Part shown: piece by piece, positions 1 to 9,069 of the stretch
Position numbering within the stretch: the stretch's first letter is position 1
Layout: each line of letters starts with the position of its first letter
Source: Archaeoglobus fulgidus DSM 4304
Lineage (GTDB): Archaea; Halobacteriota; Archaeoglobi; Archaeoglobales; Archaeoglobaceae
Assembly (NCBI RefSeq): GCF_000008665.1
Contig: NC_000917.1
Location: forward strand, 1,500,001-1,532,000
DNA length: 32,000 bases
Direction: 5' to 3'
Made by a program: the position numbers and the translations under genes
The notes under the pieces: generated by a model
Database searches by the model: none
Told to the model about the DNA's origin: nothing
The model's input: only the letters and a program-made list of their open reading frames with translations

Positions 1-855
1 GAGGACTTCCTCGACATGACAGTCAGCCAGGCTCTGCTGTGGGCCTGCCAGAACATCGACCCGCAGGAGCAGCCGTCTGAAGCTGCACCGGCTGAGCCCT
101 ACATCATGGGTTCACACAGCGGTGAGGCAGGTTTCTGGGTATGCGGTCCTGAGGATCTGATGCCGGAGGAGTACGCAAAGCTCTTCCCGCTGAAGTACAA
201 CAGGATGACCACAGTCAAGGGACTCTTCGCCATCGGTGACTGTGCTGGTGCCAACCCGCACAAGTTCTCCAGCGGTTCGTTCACTGAGGGCAGGATTGCA
301 GCGAAGGCCGCAGTGAGGTTCATCCTCGAGCAGAAGCCCAACCCAGAAATTGACGATGCGGTCGTTGAGGAACTCAAGAAGAAGGCCTACGCACCGATGG
401 AGAGGTTCATGCAGTACAAGGACCTCTCAACTGCCGATGACGTCAACCCAGAGTACATCCTGCCGTGGCAGGGTCTTGTCAGGCTGCAGAAGATCATGGA
501 CGAGTATGCTGCTGGAATTGCAACAATCTACAAGACCAACGAGAAGATGCTGCAGAGAGCTCTTGAGCTGCTCGCCTTCCTGAAGGAGGACCTCGAGAAG
601 CTCGCTGCAAGAGACCTCCACGAGCTGATGAGAGCATGGGAGCTTGTCCACAGAGTCTGGACTGCTGAGGCACACGTCAGGCACATGCTCTTCAGAAAGG
701 AAACCAGATGGCCCGGATACTACTACAGAACCGACTACCCAGAGCTCAACGACGAGGAGTGGAAGTGCTTCGTCTGCAGCAAGTACGACGCTGAGAAGGA
801 CGAGTGGACCTTCGAGAAAGTGCCGTACGTGCAGGTCATCGAGTGGAGCTTCTAA
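1..855 (+). CDS. aprA: Adenylylsulfate (APS) reductase alpha subunit, C-terminal part; the 5' end lies outside the window
   Basis: The frame is open from base 1. It contains the flavoprotein motif GLFAIGDCAGANPHKFSSGSFTEGR and a C-terminal region ending in VIEWSF. This resembles AprA of sulfate reducers as I recall it. Confidence 0.8.
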   Translation, partial: EDFLDMTVSQALLWACQNIDPQEQPSEAAPAEPYIMGSHSGEAGFWVCGPEDLMPEEYAKLFPLKYNRMTTVKGLFAIGDCAGANPHKFSSGSFTEGRIAAKAAVRFILEQKPNPEIDDAVVEELKKKAYAPMERFMQYKDLSTADDVNPEYILPWQGLVRLQKIMDEYAAGIATIYKTNEKMLQRALELLAFLKEDLEKLAARDLHELMRAWELVHRVWTAEAHVRHMLFRKETRWPGYYYRTDYPELNDEEWKCFVCSKYDAEKDEWTFEKVPYVQVIEWSF

Positions 856-865
856 AGCTCTAAAA

Positions 866-877
866 TTTTTCTTTTTT
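866..877 (+). terminator. Oligo-T tract after aprA, a possible archaeal termination signal
   Basis: TTTTTCTTTTTT begins 11 nt after the aprA stop codon. Archaeal RNA polymerase commonly terminates at T-runs. Confidence 0.3.
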
Positions 878-890
878 CTAAATCTAAAAG

Positions 891-899
891 TTTTTATTG
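891..899 (+). promoter_or_regulatory. TATA-like box for the paaK-like operon
   Basis: TTTTTATTG is centred about 25 nt upstream of the ATG at 920. This spacing fits a leaderless or near-leaderless transcript. Confidence 0.35.
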
Positions 900-919
900 C
901 ATTGCCTTAACTCTGCATC

Positions 920-2221
920 ATGTACTGGAACCCTGCCATTGAGAGGCTAAATGCCAAGGAGCTTGAGGAGATACAGGAGCGCAAGCTCAAGGCCTTGGTA
1001 AGCACAGTCTATCAGTATTCCCCCTTCTATCGCCAGAGGTTCAGGGAGGCTGGAGTAACACCTGACGACATCAAAAGTCTGAACGATTTGCCCAAGCTGC
1101 CCTTCACGAAGAAGCAGGATTTGAGGGACACCTATCCCTTCGGAATGTTCTGCGTTCCGCTATCTCAGGTTGTGAGATTTCACGCTTCAAGCGGAACAAC
1201 TGGCAAGCCAACGGTTGTGGGGTACACTGCCAACGACATTCGCAACTGGGTTGAGAGCCTTTGCAGGGCTCTTGTTAGCTGCGGTGTGAGCAGCGACGAC
1301 ATAATGCAGATTGCCTACGGTTATGGGCTCTTCACAGGCGGTTTGGGCTTTCACTACGCTGCGGAAAGGCTTGGTGCTACTGTTTTGCCAATCTCAGCCG
1401 GAAACACTGCAAGGCAGATTGAGCTGATGAAGGATTTGGGCAGCACGGTTATGGCGTGCACGCCCTCTTACATGATTTACCTCGCTGAGTATGCGTCGCA
1501 GATGGGTGTTGACATCGCCGAGGACACGAATCTGAGGGCTGGGATTTTTGGAGCGGAGCCGTGGAGTGAGGAGACGAGAAAGAGGATTGAGGATAAGACC
1601 GGAATTACCGCATACGATGTTTACGGCACATCAGAGCTAAGTGGCCCCCTGTTCACGGAATGCACTGAGAGGCAGGGGCTGCACATCTGGGCTGACATGT
1701 TCCTGATAGAGATAATCGACCCCAAGACAGGGGAGCAGGTTGGTGAGGGAGAGAAGGGAGAGCTTGTTGTTACAACGCTAACGAAGGAGGCTTTACCGCT
1801 GATAAGGTGGAGGACTGGGGACATAACCTACATGGAGACCGACAAGTGCGCTTGCGGGAGAACTCATCCGAGGATAATGCGCATCCTTGGAAGAGCGGAC
1901 GACATGCTGATTATAAGAGGTGTCAACGTCTTCCCGAGCCAGATTGAGCACGTCCTTATGCAGATTCCGGAAGTGGGGGAGCACTACATGATAATCGTTG
2001 ACCGCCGCGAGGATGGGCTGGACGAGCTTACGGTGCAGGTTGAGCTGAGTGACAAGGCGGAGATAGACACCACTGGAGACATTCTGAAACTGGAGAAGAA
2101 AATTGCGGACAAGCTGAAGAGCGTTCTTAACGTCTGGGCAAAGGTTGAGGTTGTCAACCCAGGAACGCTGCAGAGGTTCGAGGGAAAGGCTAAAAGAGTA
2201 ATTGATAGAAGAAAGATATAA
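920..2221 (+). CDS. Phenylacetate-CoA ligase / coenzyme F390 synthetase family adenylate-forming enzyme
   Basis: 433 aa. It has the adenylation motifs SSGTTGKPT and YGTSE and a PaaK-like C-terminal domain ([11 protein letters not shown]). Confidence 0.85.
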   Translation: MYWNPAIERLNAKELEEIQERKLKALVSTVYQYSPFYRQRFREAGVTPDDIKSLNDLPKLPFTKKQDLRDTYPFGMFCVPLSQVVRFHASSGTTGKPTVVGYTANDIRNWVESLCRALVSCGVSSDDIMQIAYGYGLFTGGLGFHYAAERLGATVLPISAGNTARQIELMKDLGSTVMACTPSYMIYLAEYASQMGVDIAEDTNLRAGIFGAEPWSEETRKRIEDKTGITAYDVYGTSELSGPLFTECTERQGLHIWADMFLIEIIDPKTGEQVGEGEKGELVVTTLTKEALPLIRWRTGDITYMETDKCACGRTHPRIMRILGRADDMLIIRGVNVFPSQIEHVLMQIPEVGEHYMIIVDRREDGLDELTVQVELSDKAEIDTTGDILKLEKKIADKLKSVLNVWAKVEVVNPGTLQRFEGKAKRVIDRRKI

Positions 2222-2230
2222 GGTGATAGC

Positions 2231-2644
2231 ATGGTAAAGCAGATTTCCGTATTTGTTGAAAACAAGCCCGGAAGGCTTGCTGCGGTTACGGAGGTGCTTA
2301 TGAAGCACAACATAAACATAAGAGCCTTCACCATCGCGGATGCGGGGGACTTCGGAATAATCAGGATGGTTGTTGACAAAACCGACGAGGCGTATCAGGC
2401 CCTTAAGGAGGCCGGATTCACCGTCAGGCTGACGAACGTCCTCGCTGTGGAGGTCGAGGATAAGCCGGGAGCGCTGCACAGAATTGCCAAAGCGCTTGGT
2501 GACGCGGGTGTGAACATAGACTACGTTTACGCCTTCACGAGTGAGAAGCACAAGGCGTTGATAATATTCCGCGTTGACGATAGGGAGAAGGCAAAGGAAG
2601 TCCTCGAAAAACTGGGAGTTCTTTTCAAAGGAGAAATAAACTGA
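2231..2644 (+). CDS. Tandem ACT-domain protein
   Basis: 137 aa with two repeats of the ACT pattern (ISVFVENKPGRLAAVTEVL and AVEVEDKPGALHRIAKAL). GGTGAT (Shine-Dalgarno-like) lies in the 9-nt gap after the ligase gene. Confidence 0.75.
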   Translation: MVKQISVFVENKPGRLAAVTEVLMKHNINIRAFTIADAGDFGIIRMVVDKTDEAYQALKEAGFTVRLTNVLAVEVEDKPGALHRIAKALGDAGVNIDYVYAFTSEKHKALIIFRVDDREKAKEVLEKLGVLFKGEIN

Positions 2645-2645
2645 T

Positions 2646-3590
2646 ATGTCTTCAACCTCCACACCTTTTTTAAAGATAGGTATCTTTTTATCCCTCGTAG
2701 TTCTCGCAGGAACAGTCGGTTATCACTTCGTTGAAGGGTGGGACTGGTTCGACAGCCTCTACATGACTGTTATAACCATAACGACTACGGGTTACGGCGA
2801 GGTTAAACCAATGGGGCCGGGGGGAAGAGTAATTTCGATGTTGCTGATGTTCGTGGGAGTTGGGACATTTCTGTATGCCGTAAACGTGTTTATGGGGCTG
2901 ATAGTTGAGGGCAGAATTGAGAAAAGGTGGGAGAAGATGATTGAAAAAATGGAGGACCACTTCATACTCTGCGGATACGGGCTAATGGGAAGGGAAATAA
3001 TTAAAGAGCTTCCAAAGGACAAGGTAGTCGTTATCGACTCCGATATCGGTAAAGTATCGGCGGCGAGGGAGGATGGATACGTTGCTGTGCACGGTGATGC
3101 GACAGACGACTTTACGCTTGAAAAAGCTGGAATAGGAAAGGCTAAGGCGCTAATTTGCTGCATGAGCGATGCCAGTAATGCCTTTGCCATCTTAACTGCC
3201 AAGGAACTCAATCCGAGAATAAAGACTGTTGCAATCCTCAGAAGCCCGGATGCGGAGAAAAAGATGAGGAGAGTTGGTGTTGATATCCTTCTCTCCCCCT
3301 ACCGGGATGCGGCAAAGAAGATTATCTCCCTGCTTTCAGAAAAAGCCGTTGCAGAATTTGTTGAGACTGTTATAAGCGGGGCGAAGTCGCTGAACCTTGA
3401 GAAGGTTGTTGCCGATGAGTATATGGATGGAAAAACTCTGAGAGAACTTGACTTGAGGAGAAGGACTGGATGCATTGTTGTTGCAGTGGTGAGGAGGGGT
3501 GATGTGATACTGCCGGAGGCTGACACCAGGCTTGAAAAGGGGGATATTCTGTACATCCTCTGCTCCGGTGAAGCACCTCTCGAGCTTTAA
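2646..3590 (+). CDS. MthK-like two-TM potassium channel with RCK (TrkA-N/TrkA-C) domains
   Basis: The selectivity filter TITTTGYGE lies between two hydrophobic helices. It is followed by the Rossmann motif ILCGYGLMGREI and a TrkA-C-like tail. Confidence 0.85.
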   Translation: MSSTSTPFLKIGIFLSLVVLAGTVGYHFVEGWDWFDSLYMTVITITTTGYGEVKPMGPGGRVISMLLMFVGVGTFLYAVNVFMGLIVEGRIEKRWEKMIEKMEDHFILCGYGLMGREIIKELPKDKVVVIDSDIGKVSAAREDGYVAVHGDATDDFTLEKAGIGKAKALICCMSDASNAFAILTAKELNPRIKTVAILRSPDAEKKMRRVGVDILLSPYRDAAKKIISLLSEKAVAEFVETVISGAKSLNLEKVVADEYMDGKTLRELDLRRRTGCIVVAVVRRGDVILPEADTRLEKGDILYILCSGEAPLEL

Positions 3591-4642
3591 GCCACGCCTG
3601 TCTTCTCCACAACGAGCTCAAACTCTTCTTTTGTGGGTTTTACAGCTTCGAGAATTGTGAACCTCTTTTTTCTGAGCTTCGTCGCAAGCATCAATGCCTC
3701 TATCACCTGCTCCCTTGTCAGGCCGATTTCCTTTGCCGTTGTCGGGGCATGGACCTTCTCAAGCGACATCTTAATCTGCTCCCAGTCACCCCTCCCGTAG
3801 TACTTTTCGTGGAGGTACTCCATTATTATCGTACCGAGGGCAACCTGCTCTCCATGAGTGCCGTTCCCGTAGCCGAGATAATCGAGAGCGTGGCTGAACT
3901 TGTGTTCCGCTCCGCTTGCGGGTCTGCTTGAGCCCACGAAGGCTATAGCAACGCCGCTCATAATCAGTCCCCTCAGCAGCATCAGCAGGTGGGGCGGGAG
4001 CGTTAAATCAAGCTCATCGGCCTTGCTCACCATTAGCTGCGCTGGCATCACGGCAATAGATGCAGCAACCTCATTGTAATCCTCCCCAACCAAGTCTCTT
4101 GCAAGCTGCCAGTCCTTCACTGATGAGATGTTTGAAACGAGGTCACCGTAGCCGGACCTGAGCAGCCTGATGGGACAGTTCTTTATAATGTTCAGGTCGG
4201 CAATCACCGCCGACGGGGGGTTGGTTGAAATGGATATCGGCTTTCCGTTCTCCTTGAAGCTCGCCACCGGAGAAGCTATACCGTCGTGAGAGGCTGTGGT
4301 GGGCACGCTTATCATCGATGCGTTAAGCTCTGACGAAACAACTTTCGAAACGTCTAGAACCTTCCCCCCACCAACACCGACAACTGCATCATAGTCTGCA
4401 AAGCCTCCTCTCAGCACGATTTTCCTTGCCTCCTCCATCTTTGCCGACTCAACGAGCATCATGTCGTATTCGAAGTCCTTTAGTGTTTCTTTGAGATTGA
4501 CAACTACAAGATTCTTCACAACTTCATCCGTCAGGAGAAGAAAGTAGTTTGCATCCAAACTTCTCAGAACCTTCGGCAGTTTTGAAATCACGTTTTCGCC
4601 AATGTACACGTGATACGGAAGGTCAACCGTCTTGAATCTCAT
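3587..4642 (-). CDS. egsA: sn-Glycerol-1-phosphate dehydrogenase (archaeal lipid backbone synthesis)
   Basis: 351 aa in the iron/zinc alcohol-glycerol dehydrogenase fold (VGVGGGKVLDVSK). The length and N-terminus are typical of archaeal EgsA. Confidence 0.8.
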   Translation of the reverse strand: MRFKTVDLPYHVYIGENVISKLPKVLRSLDANYFLLLTDEVVKNLVVVNLKETLKDFEYDMMLVESAKMEEARKIVLRGGFADYDAVVGVGGGKVLDVSKVVSSELNASMISVPTTASHDGIASPVASFKENGKPISISTNPPSAVIADLNIIKNCPIRLLRSGYGDLVSNISSVKDWQLARDLVGEDYNEVAASIAVMPAQLMVSKADELDLTLPPHLLMLLRGLIMSGVAIAFVGSSRPASGAEHKFSHALDYLGYGNGTHGEQVALGTIIMEYLHEKYYGRGDWEQIKMSLEKVHAPTTAKEIGLTREQVIEALMLATKLRKKRFTILEAVKPTKEEFELVVEKTGVA

Positions 4643-4705
4643 GCTACCACCTCTTCGTAAAACCAGTGTGTACAGTCTGTGGAATTAGTATATAAATCTA
4701 ATCGA

Positions 4706-5089
4706 CTATTTCTCAAGCAGCATCATAAGCTCCTCCGGAAAGGCGGTGGAGAAGCAGGAAAGGTTACCATCGAACCCCGTGCAGAAAACGGGGACGAAAG
4801 TTACCCTGACGGGAGTTTTTTCCCTCATCGCATCAACATAGACGGGGATGTAGTTTTTCCTGATGAATTCCATGGCAGACTGGTTGCTTCTGAAGAACTC
4901 CTTAAATCTCTTGCATACCCCGCACTCGGACGTGCCTATGAACACGAACATCTCCTTTTTTTGCTCTTCAGAAAGCTTTTTCCCCTCCTGGTAGCTGTAC
5001 CAACCTTCCATTGAATCGCTTTGGCTGAAGAGGGAGACTGCGACCAGAGCAAGGGCAACAACTGCGAGTAGAGCGTAGATTGCCTTCAC
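4706..5089 (-). CDS. Membrane-anchored thioredoxin-fold protein (CxxC)
   Basis: 127 aa with the N-terminal hydrophobic helix AIYALLAVVALALVAVSLF and the motif ECGVCKRF. Confidence 0.5.
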   Translation of the reverse strand: MKAIYALLAVVALALVAVSLFSQSDSMEGWYSYQEGKKLSEEQKKEMFVFIGTSECGVCKRFKEFFRSNQSAMEFIRKNYIPVYVDAMREKTPVRVTFVPVFCTGFDGNLSCFSTAFPEELMMLLEK

Positions 5090-5137
5090 AGTTTTTGGAA
5101 TGAATAAAGATTTATCAATATTTTGCGAAATTTGTTC

Positions 5138-5875
5138 ATGGACGAAAAACTGTTGAAAACTATAGCCGAGTCAAAATACCTCGTCGCGTTAACGGGAGCC
5201 GGAGTGTCGGCTGAGAGCGGAATACCGACCTTCCGCGGAAAGGATGGGTTGTGGAACAGGTATCGTCCCGAAGAGCTTGCCAACCCTCAGGCTTTTGCTA
5301 AGGACCCTGAAAAGGTCTGGAAGTGGTACGCTTGGAGGATGGAGAAGGTTTTCAACGCTCAACCGAACAAAGCGCACCAAGCCTTTGCGGAGCTTGAGCG
5401 ATTGGGGGTTCTGAAATGCCTGATCACTCAAAACGTTGACGACCTGCACGAGAGGGCGGGAAGCAGAAACGTCATCCACCTCCACGGCAGCTTGAGGGTG
5501 GTGAGGTGCACATCCTGCAACAACTCCTTCGAGGTCGAATCTGCGCCGAAAATCCCTCCTCTGCCAAAATGCGATAAGTGCGGCTCCCTTTTGCGTCCAG
5601 GGGTGGTTTGGTTTGGGGAGATGCTCCCTCCCGATGTCCTGGATAGAGCGATGAGAGAAGTTGAAAGGGCGGATGTGATAATTGTAGCCGGCACCTCAGC
5701 GGTGGTTCAGCCGGCAGCATCGCTTCCGCTGATCGTTAAGCAAAGAGGAGGAGCTATCATCGAAATAAACCCGGACGAGACACCTTTGACACCGATTGCA
5801 GATTACAGCCTGAGAGGGAAGGCGGGGGAGGTCATGGATGAGCTGGTGAGGCACGTCAGGAAAGCTCTGTCTTGA
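5138..5875 (+). CDS. cobB: NAD-dependent protein deacetylase, Sir2 family
   Basis: It has GAGVSAESGIPTFRG, QNVDDLHERAG and the zinc ribbon CTSC...CDKCG. I prefer the ATG at 5138 (245 aa) over the TTG at 5123. Confidence 0.9.
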   Translation: MDEKLLKTIAESKYLVALTGAGVSAESGIPTFRGKDGLWNRYRPEELANPQAFAKDPEKVWKWYAWRMEKVFNAQPNKAHQAFAELERLGVLKCLITQNVDDLHERAGSRNVIHLHGSLRVVRCTSCNNSFEVESAPKIPPLPKCDKCGSLLRPGVVWFGEMLPPDVLDRAMREVERADVIIVAGTSAVVQPAASLPLIVKQRGGAIIEINPDETPLTPIADYSLRGKAGEVMDELVRHVRKALS

Positions 5876-7091
5876 GAAACTCTCTCAGGAAGACGGTTGC
5901 GTAGCAACCACGCGGCAGGTAAAAGCTGAATGTGCTGTCAGTAAAACTCAGACCTGTGTGCTCTATGAGAGTGTCCGCAGGTCTGTAGGAGCCGCTGGAT
6001 GAGAACTCCTTGTGCTTAGTCTTAAAGCTGCTAAGGTCTAAATTGTCCTCGCTGAGAAAATCGAGGGCTATTCTGCTCCACCCCTTCAGCTTCGTATCGT
6101 AACCAACAAGCGGCAAGGCCAGAGAAGCGACTCTCTCCTTTACGAGGAACCTAACTCTCGCCTCGTTAACTTCAACCTCGCTGCAGTCCGAGAAGGTTGG
6201 ACGTGTTTTGAAGGTCAGGTAGCACGCAAAGTCCCCCTCTTCCAGAGTTTTTAGGCTGCCGAACTGTCTTATCCTCTCTGAAAGGAGCCTGTTAAAGATG
6301 TAAGACTGGTAGGCGTGAACGAACATCATTTTCAGGTTTTTCGGCAGTGAGAGCAAAGCCTCCTCCTCGCTTTTTCCCTCTCTGAGCTTTTGAAGCAAAT
6401 TCCTCTCATATCGCAGGTATTTTGGCAGCTCTCTCAAACCGAGCTTTGCATCCCTCGTTTCCCACAGAATTTCCCTTATTTTTCTGACCTCCTCGTTCTC
6501 ACCCTCAAAGGGCTTTGCGACGTAAACCCAAAACGCCTCCTCGTAGTTATTCTGAAGAATGAGCTTCCCCACCTCATGCGTGATGAACCTTATTGAGCCA
6601 AAGCGCTGAAGACCGAAAAAATTTGGAGTTCCCTTCTCCATTAACTCGTTTCTCGTCTCCTGAAATATCTCTCCGTCCCTGCAGCCGTAAACCCTGATTC
6701 TGAAAAAGTTTCCGAGCAAATCCCCTAGCTGAATTGCTCTCCTTGCATATCCGATGACCTCTATCTTCGCGTCTTTCAGGTTTACTCTCTCAATTTCTTC
6801 TTTCTTTACTCCGTAAATGGAAAAATACTGCACAGTCAGCGCTCTTTTGTCCTTCGTCCCAGCGAAGCTTATCCTTTTCTGGCTTATGCCGAGAGCGTTG
6901 GAAAGCACTCTGGCGAAGTTAAGCGTATCCCAGTTTTTCTTTTCCACCCTGATTATCAGAAAATCCCCTTCATCGCTCAAATTAAACTCTGCAATCTCTT
7001 CGACGTAGAAATCCTCAGGCTCAGCCTTAATCTCTCCACCCATTCCGGGAGTAGAGGTGATGTAGCATTCGATGCCTACCTTTTCCTCCAC
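5856..7091 (-). CDS. truD: tRNA pseudouridine synthase TruD/Pus7 family
   Basis: 411 aa with the motif FAGTKDKRALT carrying the catalytic Asp, and a TruD-like N-terminus (IKAEPEDFYVEE). Confidence 0.8.
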   Translation of the reverse strand: MEEKVGIECYITSTPGMGGEIKAEPEDFYVEEIAEFNLSDEGDFLIIRVEKKNWDTLNFARVLSNALGISQKRISFAGTKDKRALTVQYFSIYGVKKEEIERVNLKDAKIEVIGYARRAIQLGDLLGNFFRIRVYGCRDGEIFQETRNELMEKGTPNFFGLQRFGSIRFITHEVGKLILQNNYEEAFWVYVAKPFEGENEEVRKIREILWETRDAKLGLRELPKYLRYERNLLQKLREGKSEEEALLSLPKNLKMMFVHAYQSYIFNRLLSERIRQFGSLKTLEEGDFACYLTFKTRPTFSDCSEVEVNEARVRFLVKERVASLALPLVGYDTKLKGWSRIALDFLSEDNLDLSSFKTKHKEFSSSGSYRPADTLIEHTGLSFTDSTFSFYLPRGCYATVFLREFLKTELS

Positions 7092-7154
7092 ATTGCAGCA
7101 TGACCCAATAGCTTTATATCTTTGCCTGAAGTAATTAGCAGAAAAAATAAAAAA

Positions 7155-7778
7155 TTAGGGATCGGTGTCGATCTCAATGGAGTTCTGAAGCTCGTTGTAT
7201 TTCCTCACGGTGGCTATGTTCCTCATCATGTAAGCCAAATCTCCCTGCAGCTTTAGCTTCCCCTGCATAATCATCGTCGTCGGGTCGATTTTCTTGAAAA
7301 TCATCTCTTTGAATGCCGCATATGGCCCGCTGAGCTTGAACTTCGCATCCTCCTTCTCGCCCGGAGCAACGGGCTCGGCGTGTCTCATCTCCCCATGCCA
7401 GAAGTCCAGCCAGATGTAGAGTGCCGCACCCTTCACCTCGTCAAGCTTGATTTCGGCAACCTTTTTTGTTAGCTCGTCATAGTTCAGCGAGTCTACATCC
7501 ATGTCCTCGTCGAGCGATAAACCGAGCTTTTGAAGGAAGACCTCTGCCGGGGTGCCCTTGAACTTCTCCCTCCTCTCCTTTGGTATTGCGTAAACCAGGG
7601 ACAGGAACCCTCTGAGGATTTTGGGGTTCTGAAAGTCCTTCAGGGCAGCCTCGTCTATTTCGGAAATAACGAGATAATCCCCCTCCCAGTTTGCCGCCAC
7701 CCTCTTGTACTCCTCATCGCTGTTAACGACTCTCAAAAGCTCGTCCAGCCACTCCTTCGACGGATACACAACTGCCAT
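7155..7778 (-). CDS. SCP2 (sterol-carrier-like) domain protein
   Basis: 207 aa. The C-terminal MQGKLKLQGDLAYMMR matches the typical SCP2 signature, and the N-terminal EWLDEL pattern fits too. Confidence 0.55.
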   Translation of the reverse strand: MAVVYPSKEWLDELLRVVNSDEEYKRVAANWEGDYLVISEIDEAALKDFQNPKILRGFLSLVYAIPKERREKFKGTPAEVFLQKLGLSLDEDMDVDSLNYDELTKKVAEIKLDEVKGAALYIWLDFWHGEMRHAEPVAPGEKEDAKFKLSGPYAAFKEMIFKKIDPTTMIMQGKLKLQGDLAYMMRNIATVRKYNELQNSIEIDTDP

Positions 7779-7858
7779 GTTTTTAAGTAGCCAGCACCTG
7801 TTTTAATTCTTTCTGATTTTTGATGATGATAATGGAAATAATCATTTTAAACATAAAA

Positions 7859-7866
7859 TTTATATA
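7859..7866 (+). promoter_or_regulatory. Canonical archaeal TATA box (TTTATATA)
   Basis: It is centred about 25 nt upstream of the ATG at 7887, inside a 108-bp AT-rich divergent intergenic region. Confidence 0.5.
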
Positions 7867-7886
7867 ATAATTGATTAACTTTTGCT

Positions 7887-9062
7887 ATGAGGCTCGCCTT
7901 GGCAGTACTGATTTTATTGCTGAGTATCGCACCAGCCATGGCCCTCTGCAGCTACGAGGTTGTTGAGGAAAGGTACGCTGACCCCTTTACGGTGGATATC
8001 AGCAGCATGCCGTCCTTGAAAGATTTGCCGGTTGACGACCCAAGCGATGGGATAGACTGGGTGAAGGTGCCTCTTCCTAAGCCATGCGTTAACGGAATGG
8101 GCAAGGATACGTTCATTATGGTGAGGAAGGGCTCTTCGAACAACCTTTTGATTTTCTTTGAAGGTGGAGGGGCATGTGCGGACTACGAAACGTGCAAGCC
8201 AATGCTCTGCACAGACCTTAAGAGCTGCAAGCCTCTGCTGGGAATTGGAAGCGTTGTTGCGCTGGAGTCAAATTTCTGTTTCCTCAAGCTTTACTACAGA
8301 GGAGGCATTTTTGACGTCAAGAAGGCCGAGAACCCGTTCAGGGACTGGACGATTGTGTTCGTGCCCTACAACACCGGCGACCTGCACATGGGGAACAGGG
8401 TAGTGAGATACTTTGATGATGGGAAGGAGAAGACGATATACCATGTGGGGTACGTCAATGCGATAGTTGCGATGAGGTGGATAAAGGAGAACGGTAACTT
8501 TGACAGGATTGTAGTTGCAGGTTCGAGCGCAGGCGGCTACGCAACTCTGCTTCACGGCTATACCGCGTGGAGTATTTTTGGTAAGCCTGTGACGGTGATA
8601 AACGACGCGGGGCCGGGAATAAATCCGGATAGCGACAGCAAGTTCCAGGTGAATGAGATTATGGAGAGGTGGGGGAGCAAGCAGAACTTCCCGCCTGAAG
8701 CGCTGCAGTATTTTGAGGGAAAAGACCCAGCCTACGCGATAGAGTACTTCCTAGATAAGTGCAGCGATTGCGTTTATGGCTTCTTCGAAGACCAGAAGGA
8801 TTTGGTTATAGGGAGTGTTTTCAGCGCTTACTGGCCCTGGCAGTTTAAAACAAGGCTTTTGAAGGTAACCGATGAGCTGAGGGATTACAGCGACAGATAC
8901 TGCAGATTCCTGCCCTACGACTACCAGCACACAGTCCTTACCGGCGGGCTGCTTTATCCGCTGCAGAAGGACCGCTTTTACTGCGAGAAGGTTGGCGGAT
9001 ACAGGGTTTACGAGTGGGTAAAGGAGTTGCTGAGGGGCAACTGTGTGGATTTGGTTGAGTGA
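7887..9062 (+). CDS. Secreted alpha/beta hydrolase resembling the pectin acetylesterase/Notum family
   Basis: It has the signal-like N-terminus MRLALAVLILLLSIAPAMA, then LLIFFEGGGACADYETC, the nucleophile elbow AGSSAGG and VINDAGPG. Confidence 0.55.
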   Translation: MRLALAVLILLLSIAPAMALCSYEVVEERYADPFTVDISSMPSLKDLPVDDPSDGIDWVKVPLPKPCVNGMGKDTFIMVRKGSSNNLLIFFEGGGACADYETCKPMLCTDLKSCKPLLGIGSVVALESNFCFLKLYYRGGIFDVKKAENPFRDWTIVFVPYNTGDLHMGNRVVRYFDDGKEKTIYHVGYVNAIVAMRWIKENGNFDRIVVAGSSAGGYATLLHGYTAWSIFGKPVTVINDAGPGINPDSDSKFQVNEIMERWGSKQNFPPEALQYFEGKDPAYAIEYFLDKCSDCVYGFFEDQKDLVIGSVFSAYWPWQFKTRLLKVTDELRDYSDRYCRFLPYDYQHTVLTGGLLYPLQKDRFYCEKVGGYRVYEWVKELLRGNCVDLVE

Positions 9063-9069
9063 TTGTTTT

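Noticed and set aside
1793-2662. 289-aa minus-strand ORF spanning the end of the ligase gene and the ACT gene
   Set aside because: It is antisense to two genes with clear family motifs. Its translation is low-complexity with no recognisable domain, so it is a typical shadow ORF.
5123-5137. TTG-initiated 5-codon extension of the Sir2 ORF
   Set aside because: The ATG at 5138 gives the N-terminus MDEKLLK and a 245-aa product, which matches my recollection of the characterised Archaeoglobus Sir2. The extension would leave only 33 bp for a divergent promoter.
7813-7829. CTGA and TGATGATGA motifs reminiscent of C/D-box sRNA boxes
   Set aside because: The order is wrong: the D-like box precedes the C-like box. 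There is no second CTGA at the right spacing and no terminal stem on either strand.
8518-8531. GGTTCGAGCGCAGG, which superficially resembles a tRNA T-arm
   Set aside because: It lies inside the esterase CDS, where it encodes the GSSAGG nucleophile elbow. No acceptor or anticodon stems flank it.
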